Source of the DNA: Nitrospirota bacterium
GTDB taxonomy: Bacteria > Nitrospirota > UBA9217
Length of the DNA stretch: 64,000 nucleotides
Direction of reading: 5' to 3'
Assembly: GCA_035623825.1 (NCBI GenBank)
Contig: DASPSR010000061.1
Coordinates: 1-64,000 of the forward strand
The position numbers and the translations under genes are program-made. Below, piece after piece: positions 19,987 to 29,929 of this stretch (position 1 is its first letter; the number at the start of each line of letters is the position of its first letter). Under the pieces are notes generated by a model. That model did no database searches, was not told the origin of the DNA, and saw nothing but the letters and a program-made list of their open reading frames with translations.

Positions 19987-20685
19987 ATGGACTTCGCTTT
20001 TCCATTCAGTCTTGCCATAGCAAAGATACTGGCCTCAAACTTTGTCTCCAGACGCATGAAGATCACGGCTGAATATGAGTCTGTGAGACGCATTCTCTCA
20101 ATGTTCACTGCGCAGATCGTTAAAAGCGTTGTGAACGCTATACTCTTGCTGGTTGCCGTCTATGGCGCAGGTTTGATCTTCAATCGCAGAACAAGTGTTC
20201 TCGTAATTTGCTCAGTGTACATGGCATCGGTTATCGAGAGCCTGGTGCGGCTATTTCGAGGACTACCCGACCTGTTTGCAATCGTCTTTATTCATCGATG
20301 CAGTCCACGCTCATTTATCAGAGCGAGAGTGCAGCGGGAGGTGTTCCAGCGACTCGGCGAGGTTGATGCCCGGAGCTCTGTATTCAAGCGGCTGTTCAAA
20401 CAAATCATGCTTCGTTCGAATGTAGAGATTGCGAGGGAGGTCGCGCAAAAGGCCACACCTGTTATCTGGGGCCGGGTGGTTGGTCGGTTCACGGCAACAG
20501 CAACCGCCCTTGTCGCATACATCGTCGTCTTTCGATTCTTAGTTGCACCTTATCTTATTGCCGGACATACGAAGCTCACGGTATGGCAGGCGCTGCTCTA
20601 TCCGGTTGCTTATGCGTCCGACCACTTCTTTGGTACTTCATTAGTTAAACACGTTCACTCTATACGGTTTCGATTGTTCGGTTGA
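19987..20685 (+). CDS. Hypothetical membrane protein
   Basis: 232 aa with 3-4 hydrophobic segments; upstream TGcTATAAT. Confidence 0.6.
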   Translation: MDFAFPFSLAIAKILASNFVSRRMKITAEYESVRRILSMFTAQIVKSVVNAILLLVAVYGAGLIFNRRTSVLVICSVYMASVIESLVRLFRGLPDLFAIVFIHRCSPRSFIRARVQREVFQRLGEVDARSSVFKRLFKQIMLRSNVEIAREVAQKATPVIWGRVVGRFTATATALVAYIVVFRFLVAPYLIAGHTKLTVWQALLYPVAYASDHFFGTSLVKHVHSIRFRLFG

Positions 20686-20788
20686 AATGACCGAATCAGC
20701 ATGGAGGGTTGAGATGAATGGAGCCGGGGTAAGCCCCCGTAAAACGGCAAATATCGTCGGCGTACGTATGGTTTTGGTGTTTCCAGCT

Positions 20789-21490
20789 CTAGTAATGATT
20801 TGCTGAGCCGGATCCGCTGCGATCAAATCTTCCGTATTTTAGAAAGTGCGCGACTTGCCTTATAACCAGAGGGCTCCTCATGATGAACGTGTGGGTGCTG
20901 GGTACTATTATATAATCACTCATCTCGGAGAGCAGGGTGCTATTAACCGAAACCATTCCATCATCGGCTCCTTCCAAGAAGGCTGAGAACAGAAGGTTTA
21001 TGCTTCTGTTGCCTGCGATTACACCCACCTCGATCTCGACCGGTTTCAGGCGGCGGACTACGGATTCGGTTCCCCTTCCGATCTCTTGTCCCGCCGGGCC
21101 AGTGATCCATTTGTAGAGGGGAACACGCAGAAGCAGATCGACAAGCTCGCTCCCCTGGTTAGGCGGGGAGAGCATAACGAGCCTGCTGCCCAAGGGCACT
21201 GAGTGACGCTGGAGGTACTGACGGACGATGATACCACCTAGAGAGTGGCCGACAAAATGAATTTTCTCCGCTCCGTCGGCTTCACAGCTCTGCACAGCTC
21301 GTGCGAGATACGATTCTGCAACCGTCTCGATCGATTTGGTTGTTGAAGGATAGGCGAGGTTAATGGTCGCATAGCCGAGGTCTTTCAGCTGCTGCTCGAG
21401 CATGCGCATGGACTGTCTGAAGCGGCCCAGACCATGCAGGAGGATAACGCACTCACTTGTGTTACCCACCGTTCGATTCTCCGAGTCCAC
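20789..21490 (-). CDS. Alpha/beta hydrolase (lipase/esterase-like)
   Basis: LLHGL, GHSLGG nucleophile elbow, PPNQGS, DGMV and HTF motifs. Confidence 0.9.
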   Translation of the reverse strand: MDSENRTVGNTSECVILLHGLGRFRQSMRMLEQQLKDLGYATINLAYPSTTKSIETVAESYLARAVQSCEADGAEKIHFVGHSLGGIIVRQYLQRHSVPLGSRLVMLSPPNQGSELVDLLLRVPLYKWITGPAGQEIGRGTESVVRRLKPVEIEVGVIAGNRSINLLFSAFLEGADDGMVSVNSTLLSEMSDYIIVPSTHTFIMRSPLVIRQVAHFLKYGRFDRSGSGSANHY

Positions 21491-21678
21491 GATATAAGAC
21501 GCCCATACGTTAAGCCTCCCGCTCCATTATTATACATTGTTTTGTAATCTGGAGCTTCTCCAAAATTCTTGCAATTCATCCGCACTTAATGTACATTCAA
21601 AAGAGAGGGGACAACACCTTAAAGCCACTCAAGTCAACTCAAGGAAACCTTACCATTACAAAAATAAGGAGGAGACCT

Positions 21679-22050
21679 ATGGGATATCTGGAAAGCATTA
21701 ACTTGGACAAGATCAAGAAAGACCTGCAGGAAGGGCTGGAAAAGGGAATGGCGGCAATGAAGAAAGGCGTCATCGTCGCCCAGAAGAAGGCAGAGGAACT
21801 CACCGAAGAAGGAAAGCGGCAGTATAAAATATTAACACTCAAGACCAGGATTCATGAGGCGGTCAGCGATCTCGGCGCCAAGGCCTATGTCCTCATGAGC
21901 GGAACGAGGGCTAAAAACCCCGCCCTCGATGCTGGGGTGAAGGAAATCATGGCAAAGATCAAAGACCTCGAGCAACAGATGGCGGTACTCGAAGGTAAGG
22001 ACATAACGGCGCAACCCAAAGCACGACCTAGGACCCGTAAAAAGAAATGA
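21679..22050 (+). CDS. Hypothetical coiled-coil protein
   Basis: AGGAGG SD; helical, with a Lys-rich tail. Confidence 0.7.
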   Translation: MGYLESINLDKIKKDLQEGLEKGMAAMKKGVIVAQKKAEELTEEGKRQYKILTLKTRIHEAVSDLGAKAYVLMSGTRAKNPALDAGVKEIMAKIKDLEQQMAVLEGKDITAQPKARPRTRKKK

Positions 22051-22083
22051 ACCGCTTACTGCATCAATCATAATGCTATTAGC

Positions 22084-22129
22084 AAAGGGTGCTGCGTAGA
22101 ATTCTTATTTCGCTGCACCCTTTTATTTT
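22084..22129 (+). terminator. Intrinsic terminator
   Basis: AAAGGGTGC...GCACCCTTT followed by TATTTT. Confidence 0.55.
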
Positions 22130-22227
22130 CCTGGCGTGTCATATTCTAAATGGTATTAAATATGGAGATTTCTCATTGGGTCAGGCAACGGTGTGTGATA
22201 CGAAGTGTATGTCATCCGCCCTGTCAT

Positions 22228-22503
22228 TTACGATTTAGAAATTTTCTTGTAGGTCTTGCAGCGGGGATATTGCGAGCACCTGAAGCGTGTAATTGATTGC
22301 TCATTTCTATATAGGTACATGGGGCTTCCGCATGTACTGCATAGCGGTCTATCTTTAACTCTTGTGCGATTAGAATCTGTAAATTGCGTCCTGCAAACTA
22401 AACAGAGATAACGCTGTTTTCCGGTTCGTATTTTTCCATCACGGTTAACTGCCCCTGACCCACATTTTGGGCAGTTTATTTTATAGATAGTGTCCTTTGA
22501 CAT
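22228..22503 (-). CDS. Double Zn-finger protein (IS1 InsA-like ribbon plus C4 finger), copy 1
   Basis: CPKCGS...GKQRYLCLVC and CSTCGSPM...FRCSQYPRCK. Confidence 0.8.
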   Translation of the reverse strand: MSKDTIYKINCPKCGSGAVNRDGKIRTGKQRYLCLVCRTQFTDSNRTRVKDRPLCSTCGSPMYLYRNEQSITRFRCSQYPRCKTYKKISKS

Positions 22504-22633
22504 GACAGTATCATCAAACTATCTTATCACGGTATCGTGTCTGACAGGATGTTCCGGTGAAAGACTTTACACTTATTGTTTCATTGTGTGGCTTTGAATT
22601 AAAATCTTAAAAATTCCCTTATGAGTCTCGAAC

Positions 22634-22861
22634 TCAGCTGTGCTGTAGCCGCTCTTTAACGATCCTGCTGACGATGATTGGCAAGAAGATCCTGATTTTT
22701 GCGTCTTTTTTCAATACTTCCAGGATATCCCGGTATAACCCGCTTACTTCTTCAACAGAGATCCCTAGCTCCTGCGCGAGTTTCTGGATAGCACGTGCAT
22801 GCTGACCATGATCCTTTTCATCTCCAATCGGACCAGCGTTCTTCACACTTTGTTCAGGCAT
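22634..22861 (-). CDS. DUF3562-like small three-helix protein, copy 1
   Basis: AIQKLAQEL...LY...AKIRIFLPIIVSRIVKERL; GGAGG SD. Confidence 0.7.
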   Translation of the reverse strand: MPEQSVKNAGPIGDEKDHGQHARAIQKLAQELGISVEEVSGLYRDILEVLKKDAKIRIFLPIIVSRIVKERLQHS

Positions 22862-22979
22862 TCATTCCTCCTGGCTCCCGTTGACAGGTCACTGCTGGGC
22901 ACCTAGACTGCATTGGCAGTTTGTCTCTTGCGATTACTCAGCGGAAAATATATACAACCCTTCAAGGGCATATATTTAC

Positions 22980-23012
22980 AGTATATCCGCGGAATGTTAC
23001 AGTAATATTACA
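22980..23012 (-). promoter_or_regulatory. Pho-box-like pair plus -10
   Basis: Minus strand: TGTAATA-ttac-TGTAACA-(9 nt)-TATACT. Confidence 0.7.
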
Positions 23013-23510
23013 TGATGCAAAAATATCCAAAAGGGCTATATTTAAGTATGTTGGATATTTGGGGCGGTGTTCAAGAAGATTCAACAAAAAAGGGGTTAAT
23101 GCAGACAGTGTGCATTGCTTTAAGATATCACTGGGAAAAATTCGTCCTTTGAACATACGACAGGAGAATCTATATGTAATGTGGAAATGGATACGTATTC
23201 TGTTTGAAGTTTGGATTTTTGTCAAAAAAGACAACAACATAGGCATGAGTTGCTGCAAATAATCCCTTTTTAACTGTCTCTCCTGTAAACTATGCACAAC
23301 GAAAGTGACACAATCGGCAAATGAAGCTTTTTAGCTTTCTAAATTTATTTAAGAACTACAACATTGAAGAAATATATGTTTTTACTACCGTAGTTGATCA
23401 TTGTCGATGGGATATCAATCCATTTTAATACCGCCCGCTTAAAACAGCAGTCAATTGAAGTTTATGTACCGCCAAGACCCCTTTGAAAATGCCAAAATAT
23501 CCCAAAAAGG

Positions 23511-23539
23511 TTGGCTATATGACAAACTCATGGTATACT
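23511..23539 (+). promoter_or_regulatory. sigma70-type promoter for the DUF5132/HMA2/ATPase cluster
   Basis: TTGGCT-17 nt-TATACT with extended -10 (TGgTATACT). Confidence 0.55.
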
Positions 23540-23680
23540 GATAAATTAGAAACGCTAGCATAGCCCAGTCAAAACGAATGTGTTCCTGAAAGGTTGACGC
23601 TGTAGGTAAGTAATGAAAGATGCGGTAGACACTGATATTGTATGAAGATAATATAATTGAATTAGAAAGGAGATCATTGT

Positions 23681-23971
23681 ATGGCGCTCATCGAAGATGG
23701 TTTGAAAGGCAACCTCGCTACTGGACTGGCTATCGGTATTGGCGCAGCTATATTGGCGCCGGTGGTAATTCCTCTGTTTTCCAATATCTCTAAACCATTG
23801 GCAAAAGCCGCAATAAAAGGAGGCATCCAGCTCTACGAACGCGGCAAGGAAGTCTTGGCTGAGGTCGTTGAAATTACTGAGGATATTGTCGCTGAAGCAA
23901 AGGCCGAACTGGCTGAGTCAACCGCTGCAGAAGCATCGGTGGCAGCCGAGGCAGCACTTCCGAAGAGTTAG
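23681..23971 (+). CDS. DUF5132-like protein (GxxxG hydrophobic helix plus amphipathic helix)
   Basis: TGLAIGIGAAILAP...KPLAKAAIKGGI...EDIVAEAKAE; AAGGAG SD. Confidence 0.8.
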   Translation: MALIEDGLKGNLATGLAIGIGAAILAPVVIPLFSNISKPLAKAAIKGGIQLYERGKEVLAEVVEITEDIVAEAKAELAESTAAEASVAAEAALPKS

Positions 23972-24489
23972 TGAGACATGTTATGATTCCTGATGCCGTC
24001 ATTGCCCATGCATCAAGAGGGAGATTGCGCATCAAAATACCCTCTCAAAGGGGTAAACTGGTTGCGCTTAAGTCTTATGGTGACCAGTTTGCCTCATGTC
24101 CAGGTGTTCTCTCTATTGAGGTGAATCCGGCAACGGGCAGTATGCTCTTGATACACCAAACAACCTTGGCTGAAATTGCGGAATACGCACGGTCCAAGAA
24201 CCTTTTTATCTTGAAAGAGCAGAAGAGTCCAAAAGAACCATCAGCAGGTCTTCGTGGCGATATTGGAAAGACGTTCAAGAGCCTTGATCGACAGATTCAG
24301 AGCCTTACGGATGGCGATCTGGACTTGAGCGGATTTACGTTTGCAGCATTAATTGTAGCGGGCACAGCGCAAATTCTTTCAGGGAACGCAGGACCTATAC
24401 CGTGGTTTGCCGCATACTGGTATGCGTTCCACCTTTACTCGAGGACACAAGAGGGGGAAAAGAAGCAGGGTCAACAGGACCGGGAGTAA
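23971..24489 (+). CDS. HMA2-domain membrane protein (FezC-like architecture)
   Basis: HASRGRLRIK...EVNPATGSMLL (Cys-free HMA2) plus a C-terminal hydrophobic segment PWFAAYWYA. Confidence 0.8.
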   Translation: MRHVMIPDAVIAHASRGRLRIKIPSQRGKLVALKSYGDQFASCPGVLSIEVNPATGSMLLIHQTTLAEIAEYARSKNLFILKEQKSPKEPSAGLRGDIGKTFKSLDRQIQSLTDGDLDLSGFTFAALIVAGTAQILSGNAGPIPWFAAYWYAFHLYSRTQEGEKKQGQQDRE

Positions 24490-24650
24490 CAGTAACGGGA
24501 GTCTTTCAGGTATATCCGCTTGCCAGTTAGCAAAGTAGTGAGCACCATACAATTCTTTCCTTACTGAAAATCCGATCCCAATGGAATCAGAATTACCATA
24601 AAGCATAAGGGAGCATGTTATGTTTAGTGCACCTTAACAGGAGAAACGCC

Positions 24651-25373
24651 ATGAGTGACAGAAAAAAGAAAACTCCGATGATTCAGACCGAGAAGCAAAG
24701 TCCACGCAGCAGAGCGACAGAAGAGGCTCAGGCTGTCACTGCGAAAATGAAAGGAGAAACAGATATGGCCAGCGCAGAGACCACAGGCAGTAGAGTGTCC
24801 GCAGAAGAGATCGGCAAAGCAGGAACTACAGTGAAAGAGGGTGTCGTCAGTAGTCTCAAGGGGATAAACGAGATAGAGGCGGAGATCGTCAGCCTAGTCA
24901 GAAATACCGTATCCAATACCCTCCGAGCAACGGGCTCGGTCGCCGGCGAGGCTGTCGGCGTCACGAAGGACGTGATAAAGGGCGCCATTCAGGCCACGGA
25001 AGAGGTCGGCACAGGGCTCATCTTGAGCACCAAGAGCGTTGCAAAAGGGGTAGTGATGGGCGTGAGCGACGTGGGCGGCGATGTTATTTCCGTTGCGGGG
25101 TCTACCGTGAAGGGTGCCGTAAAGGGTGCGGCAGAGATCGGCGCGGATGTTGCCATGGTTGCGCGACGGGCAGTCGACGGTGTGATCGAGGCCACCAAGG
25201 AAGTGGGGGGGAACGCTGAAGAGGTTGCGAAAGTCGCCGTGAACGGCGCTATTGATGCAGCATCTTCGATCGGCAATACGGCGGTCAAGGCGGTCAAGGA
25301 CATGCTCGTAGGCGTTGTTGAAGGAGTGAAGGAAGTCGCCAGCACCGCATTACCGAAGGCCAAGCAGGCCTGA
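24651..25373 (+). CDS. Ala/Val/Gly-rich protein with eight 22-aa amphipathic repeats
   Basis: Repeats such as TKDVIKGAIQATEEVGTGLILS and TKSVAKGVVMGVSDVGGDVISV; two in-frame starts (24651, 24765), each after AGGAGAAAC. Confidence 0.8.
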   Translation: MSDRKKKTPMIQTEKQSPRSRATEEAQAVTAKMKGETDMASAETTGSRVSAEEIGKAGTTVKEGVVSSLKGINEIEAEIVSLVRNTVSNTLRATGSVAGEAVGVTKDVIKGAIQATEEVGTGLILSTKSVAKGVVMGVSDVGGDVISVAGSTVKGAVKGAAEIGADVAMVARRAVDGVIEATKEVGGNAEEVAKVAVNGAIDAASSIGNTAVKAVKDMLVGVVEGVKEVASTALPKAKQA

Positions 25374-25420
25374 CCACAACTCGTCTGTCGAACGATTTTC
25401 CTCAATTTCTAGATGGGGGG

Positions 25421-28400
25421 GTGCCTGTGGTCCAGGCCGTTCATACCTCTGTAAAAGGACGGGCCCGTTATAAGGTGGAGGGTCTGTATCGCTCGGAATC
25501 CCTGAAGCAGCAGATCGAGCAACATCTTGCGCAGCACAAATGGATCCTGAGCGTATCAGTCAATACACTGACGGGTACCGTCTTGGTGCTTTTCGATTCG
25601 CAGAACGGCAATCGTGCGTCATCGATAGCTTCTCTCCTTGAAACCCTAATCGAACGAAGCAACAGCAGCCTGCTTCCAGGGAAGGAAAGCCAGGCAACTG
25701 TTTCCCAGCATAGTGAAAGAAAGAATGCCGTTCGCTCAGAAGCCACTGCGGTCCCCCCCCGAACTCCCGCCGGCAAAGAAGTGCTAAGCCTGCATACCGT
25801 TCGTAAGCAAGTCTCCCATGCCGAGGAGCAAAAGGACGAAGCTTGGCATTGCATGTCAAAGGGAGAGGTGCTTCAGAGATGGGGTACCTCAGCGTCAACA
25901 GGCCTATCCGAGGAATCAGTCCGTCTTCTATTCAACCAGTACGGTCCAAACCTTCTCCCAGAATCCGTTCCCCGCTCGGGATGGAGCATCTTTTTCGATC
26001 AGTTCAAGTCCCTGCCAGTGGCCATGCTCAGCGTATCCGCTGGCATTTCTGTTGCCACGGGCGGATTTGCCGATGCCGTGGTAATCATGGCTGTGGTCGT
26101 CATTAACGCATCGATAGGGTATGTCACCGAGAGCCAGACGGAGAGGACCATTCAAGGGCTGAAGAACCTCGTGCAGCCTTCCGCTATTGTGGTTCGCAGC
26201 GGGGTCATGTCGACCATCGATGCAAAGGATGTCGTGCCCGGCGACCTGCTTGTGTTAAGACCGGGAAGCTATGTCTCGGCGGACGCCCGTCTCATTGAGG
26301 CGAAATATCTGAGCATTGATGAGTCTGCGCTTACGGGCGAAAGCATGCCCGTCATAAAAATCACTGACAAACTGGAATTGGCGGACATGCCCCTTGCCGA
26401 TCGGACGAATATGGTATATATGGGCACCCTGGTCACCGGAGGACAGGGTCTTGCCATCGTGGTGGCAACGGGGAAGTTCACCGAGGTCGGAAAGATCCAG
26501 ACCCTGGTCGGAGAGGCGCGGCCGCCCGATACGCCCCTAGAACGGCAAATGGACAGATTGGGAGTCCAGCTAGTCTATGTCACGTTGGGCGTATGCGGAA
26601 TTGTTTTCATTGTCGGGATCCTAAGGGGTTACGGTTTTCTTCAGATGCTCAAGTCCTCCATCGCTCTTGCCGTGGCCGCCGTCCCGGAAGGACTGCCTAC
26701 CGTTACAACGACGACCCTTGCGCTCGGCATCAGGCGCATGCGTGACCTTAAGGTGCTCATCCGTCACCTAGACGCCGTTGAAACACTTGGCTCGGTCGAG
26801 ACCATCTGTCTCGATAAAACCGGCACCATCACCATGAACAGGATGTCGGTGGTCCAGGTCCATGCCGGCTCTCGCCGCTTTGATGTCGTTGACAGCAGGA
26901 TCAGGTCGGATGGTAAGACGGTCAATCCCTATACGAATGAGGATATCCTCCGTCTGATTCACCTGTCCGTTCTCTGCAACGAATCGATGGTATCAGGCTG
27001 TGAAGGCGAGTATGTCGTTGAAGGTTCATCAACGGAGAACGCGCTCGTTCATTTAGCGCTCGGTGCCGGAGTGGATGTCAATTCGTTGCGGGCTCAGCAT
27101 CCCTTGATTAAGATGACCCATAGGTCGGAGGACCGGCATTACATGAGCACACGTCACGGGTCGAATGACGGCGGCCAACTCCTGGCCCTCAAGGGAAGCC
27201 CCTCGGACGTGCTCTCGCTGAGCAAATGGTACATGAAGGATGGAAAGCAACTGGAGCTGGACGACACCGCCCGTGCTGTCTTCGAGGCCGAAAATGAGCG
27301 TATGGCCGCCGAGGCGCTGCGGGTGCTCGCCGTTGCGTTTGCAGTCAACGATGGCGCCACGTTACGCACTGATGAGATTATCCAGCAAGGACTGATCCTG
27401 GTCGGGCTCATCGGGATGGCGGACGTGGTCAGGAGCGGCGTCAAGGATCTCATCGATATGTTCCACCGAGCTGGGATCGATACGGTCATGATCACCGGGG
27501 ACCAGAGCCCCACGGCATATGCAATCGGCAAGGAACTCAATTTGAGCAATGGGAAAGAACTCGAGATCCTGGACTCAAGCAATCTTGCCCGTATCGAACC
27601 CGATGTCATGAAGGCGCTTGCCGGACGTGTCCATGTTTTCGCTCGCGTCAGCCCAGCCAACAAGCTCCAGATCGTCCAGGCCCTCCAGTCGGCGGGTAAG
27701 GTCATAGGCATGACCGGCGACGGCATCAATGACGGACCGGCTCTGAAGGCGGCCGATATAGGTATCGCAATGGGACACACGGGCACTGATGTCGCGCGTG
27801 AGGTTGCTGATGTGGTCCTGGAAGATGACAATTTAGAGACCATGGTCGTGGCCATAAGCCAAGGGCGGACGTTCTACAATAATCTGAGAAAATCGGTCCG
27901 GTACATGATTTCCAAGAACACGGGCGAGATAATGATCATGTTCACGGCACTGGTGGCCGGTTTGGGACAGCCGTTCAACGTCATGCAACTGCTCTGGATT
28001 AACATGATATCGGACATCTTCCCCGGCCTCGCTCTTGCTCAGGAGCCGCCTGAGCCGGATGTTCTCCTGCGGCCCCCTCGCGATCCCGACGAACCGCTCA
28101 TCAAGACCAGCGACTTCAAGAGACTGCTCTTTGAAGCGTCTACCATCTCGGCGGGGACCCTTGCTGCTTATGGCTACGGGGTTCTCCGCTACGGCCAGGG
28201 CCCCCAGGCAAGCACGATGGCCTTTACGAACTTTGTCACGGCAGGCCTCCTGCACGCGATCAGCAACCGCTCCGAGACCCACAGCATCTTTGACGCTGAA
28301 CAGCTTGCACCGAACAAGTACCTCAATATTGCCCTGACGGGCTCACTGGGGCTGCAGGCCATGACCTTGATCATTCCGGGCCTCAGGAACTTCCTGGGGA

Positions 28401-28570
28401 TGGGTGTGCTGGGACCCTTGGATCTGGTGGTGACCATGGGAACAGCCGTCGCGCCCCTGCTTATCAACGAAGCGACCAAAAAGGCTGCCGCTCCTCTGCC
28501 GTTGCTAAATGGCAGTGCGGCGGTCCCGGTTACCGCTCTGAATAACAGTCAAATTGTCGCAGCTCTTTGA
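25421..28570 (+). CDS. P2-type cation-transporting ATPase with N-terminal HMA2 domain
   Basis: TGES, VPEGLP, DKTGT, TGD, GDGINDGPAL and QLLWINMISD motifs; N-terminal GRARYKV...SVNTLTGTVLV. Confidence 0.92.
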   Translation: MPVVQAVHTSVKGRARYKVEGLYRSESLKQQIEQHLAQHKWILSVSVNTLTGTVLVLFDSQNGNRASSIASLLETLIERSNSSLLPGKESQATVSQHSERKNAVRSEATAVPPRTPAGKEVLSLHTVRKQVSHAEEQKDEAWHCMSKGEVLQRWGTSASTGLSEESVRLLFNQYGPNLLPESVPRSGWSIFFDQFKSLPVAMLSVSAGISVATGGFADAVVIMAVVVINASIGYVTESQTERTIQGLKNLVQPSAIVVRSGVMSTIDAKDVVPGDLLVLRPGSYVSADARLIEAKYLSIDESALTGESMPVIKITDKLELADMPLADRTNMVYMGTLVTGGQGLAIVVATGKFTEVGKIQTLVGEARPPDTPLERQMDRLGVQLVYVTLGVCGIVFIVGILRGYGFLQMLKSSIALAVAAVPEGLPTVTTTTLALGIRRMRDLKVLIRHLDAVETLGSVETICLDKTGTITMNRMSVVQVHAGSRRFDVVDSRIRSDGKTVNPYTNEDILRLIHLSVLCNESMVSGCEGEYVVEGSSTENALVHLALGAGVDVNSLRAQHPLIKMTHRSEDRHYMSTRHGSNDGGQLLALKGSPSDVLSLSKWYMKDGKQLELDDTARAVFEAENERMAAEALRVLAVAFAVNDGATLRTDEIIQQGLILVGLIGMADVVRSGVKDLIDMFHRAGIDTVMITGDQSPTAYAIGKELNLSNGKELEILDSSNLARIEPDVMKALAGRVHVFARVSPANKLQIVQALQSAGKVIGMTGDGINDGPALKAADIGIAMGHTGTDVAREVADVVLEDDNLETMVVAISQGRTFYNNLRKSVRYMISKNTGEIMIMFTALVAGLGQPFNVMQLLWINMISDIFPGLALAQEPPEPDVLLRPPRDPDEPLIKTSDFKRLLFEASTISAGTLAAYGYGVLRYGQGPQASTMAFTNFVTAGLLHAISNRSETHSIFDAEQLAPNKYLNIALTGSLGLQAMTLIIPGLRNFLGMGVLGPLDLVVTMGTAVAPLLINEATKKAAAPLPLLNGSAAVPVTALNNSQIVAAL

Positions 28571-28597
28571 GCGCGCGCAGCTCGCGGAGAGGTCCAC

Positions 28598-29797
28598 ATG
28601 AAAAAAGACTTTATGTTCACCTCGGAATCGGTCACAGAAGGCCATCCAGACAAGCTCTGCGACGTCATCAGTGACGCCATTGTTGATCATGTGCTCCAGA
28701 AGGATCCCTACGCCAATATCATCGCCGAATGCGCCGTTTCCACGGCTATCGTTTTTATCGCTGCCAGATTCGCAACCGTTGCCAACGTGGATTATGCCAA
28801 TGTGGCCAGGCAGGTAATCAGCCAGGTTGACTACGACCAGGCGGCCTTCAATGCGAAGACCTGCAGCGTGATCACGAGTCTCAAAGAGGTTCCGAAGGAG
28901 AGGCGGCTCCCAGCCGATGAGCGCAGCATGACTGATGAAGAGATCGAGCGTGTCACCGCCAAAAATCAGGTTACCGTGTTCGGATTCGCCTGTAATCAAA
29001 CGGCGGCCTTCATGCCGCTTCCGGTCTGGCTGGCCCACCGTCTCGCCCGGAAGCTCACAGCCGTGCGACTGCAGAAGACGCTCACTTACCTTGCCCCCGA
29101 TGGTAAAACCCAGGTGGGGATTGAATATCGGGCCGGCAGGCCGTATCGCGTGCACAGCGTCACCATCATTGCGAGCCAGAAACAGTCTGCTGACAGAGGC
29201 GGACCTGATCTCGAAAGGCTTTCAGAGGATATCAGGGAATCAGTTTTGCAGCCAGTATTCCAGGACGAGGAGATTAAGCCGGATGGAGCGACGCGGATAT
29301 TCATCAATCCCGATGGTGCCTTCATAGGTGGTGGTCCCGCGGTACACTCGGGACTGACGGGAAGAAAGAATGCAATCGACACGTATGGTGAATATTCCCG
29401 CCACAGCGGTGCAGCGCTGAGCGGAAAAGACCCCTCCCGGATCGACCGGATCGGCGCGTACGCTGCCCGCTACGCAGCCAAGAATGTGGTTGCCGCCGGG
29501 ATTGCCAAAGCCTGTGAAATCCAGCTCAGTTATTCCATAGGCCTCGCACGGCCGGTGAGCATCCAGGTGGAAACCTTCGGGACCGGCGAAATGCCTGATG
29601 AAAAAATAGCCGACATTGTGGAAAAAAATTTCGATTTCCGGCCAGAGGGGATCGTCCGTCAGTTCAACCTGCGACAACTCCCCTCTGCAGTGAAAGGCGG
29701 ATTCTATCGGAAGCTCGCGGCATACGGTCAGATGGGAAGGATGGATATCGGTTTGCCGTGGGAGTTGACTGACAGGGCGCCCCGCTTGAAAGGGTAA
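28598..29797 (+). CDS. Divergent MetK (SAM synthetase)-family protein
   Basis: FTSESVTEGHPDK, PDGKTQV, GLTGRK, SGKDP and AYAARYAAKN retained; GAGDQG replaced by TAKNQV. Confidence 0.88.
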   Translation: MKKDFMFTSESVTEGHPDKLCDVISDAIVDHVLQKDPYANIIAECAVSTAIVFIAARFATVANVDYANVARQVISQVDYDQAAFNAKTCSVITSLKEVPKERRLPADERSMTDEEIERVTAKNQVTVFGFACNQTAAFMPLPVWLAHRLARKLTAVRLQKTLTYLAPDGKTQVGIEYRAGRPYRVHSVTIIASQKQSADRGGPDLERLSEDIRESVLQPVFQDEEIKPDGATRIFINPDGAFIGGGPAVHSGLTGRKNAIDTYGEYSRHSGAALSGKDPSRIDRIGAYAARYAAKNVVAAGIAKACEIQLSYSIGLARPVSIQVETFGTGEMPDEKIADIVEKNFDFRPEGIVRQFNLRQLPSAVKGGFYRKLAAYGQMGRMDIGLPWELTDRAPRLKG

Positions 29798-29929
29798 GGG
29801 GGGCATCATGTCTGACAATATGGCGAGTGATGCGTTCAGGGCGCGAACTAAGCGAACGGAGGTTGGCGCAGCGTGATGGTTTGCATCATGTGACCATACT
29901 GTCAGTCTGGCGCGAGGGGGGATTACAAC

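Noticed and set aside
23647-23665. Fur box upstream of the DUF5132 cluster
   Set aside because: Only about 10/19 match to GATAATGATAATCATTATC, in AT-rich DNA.
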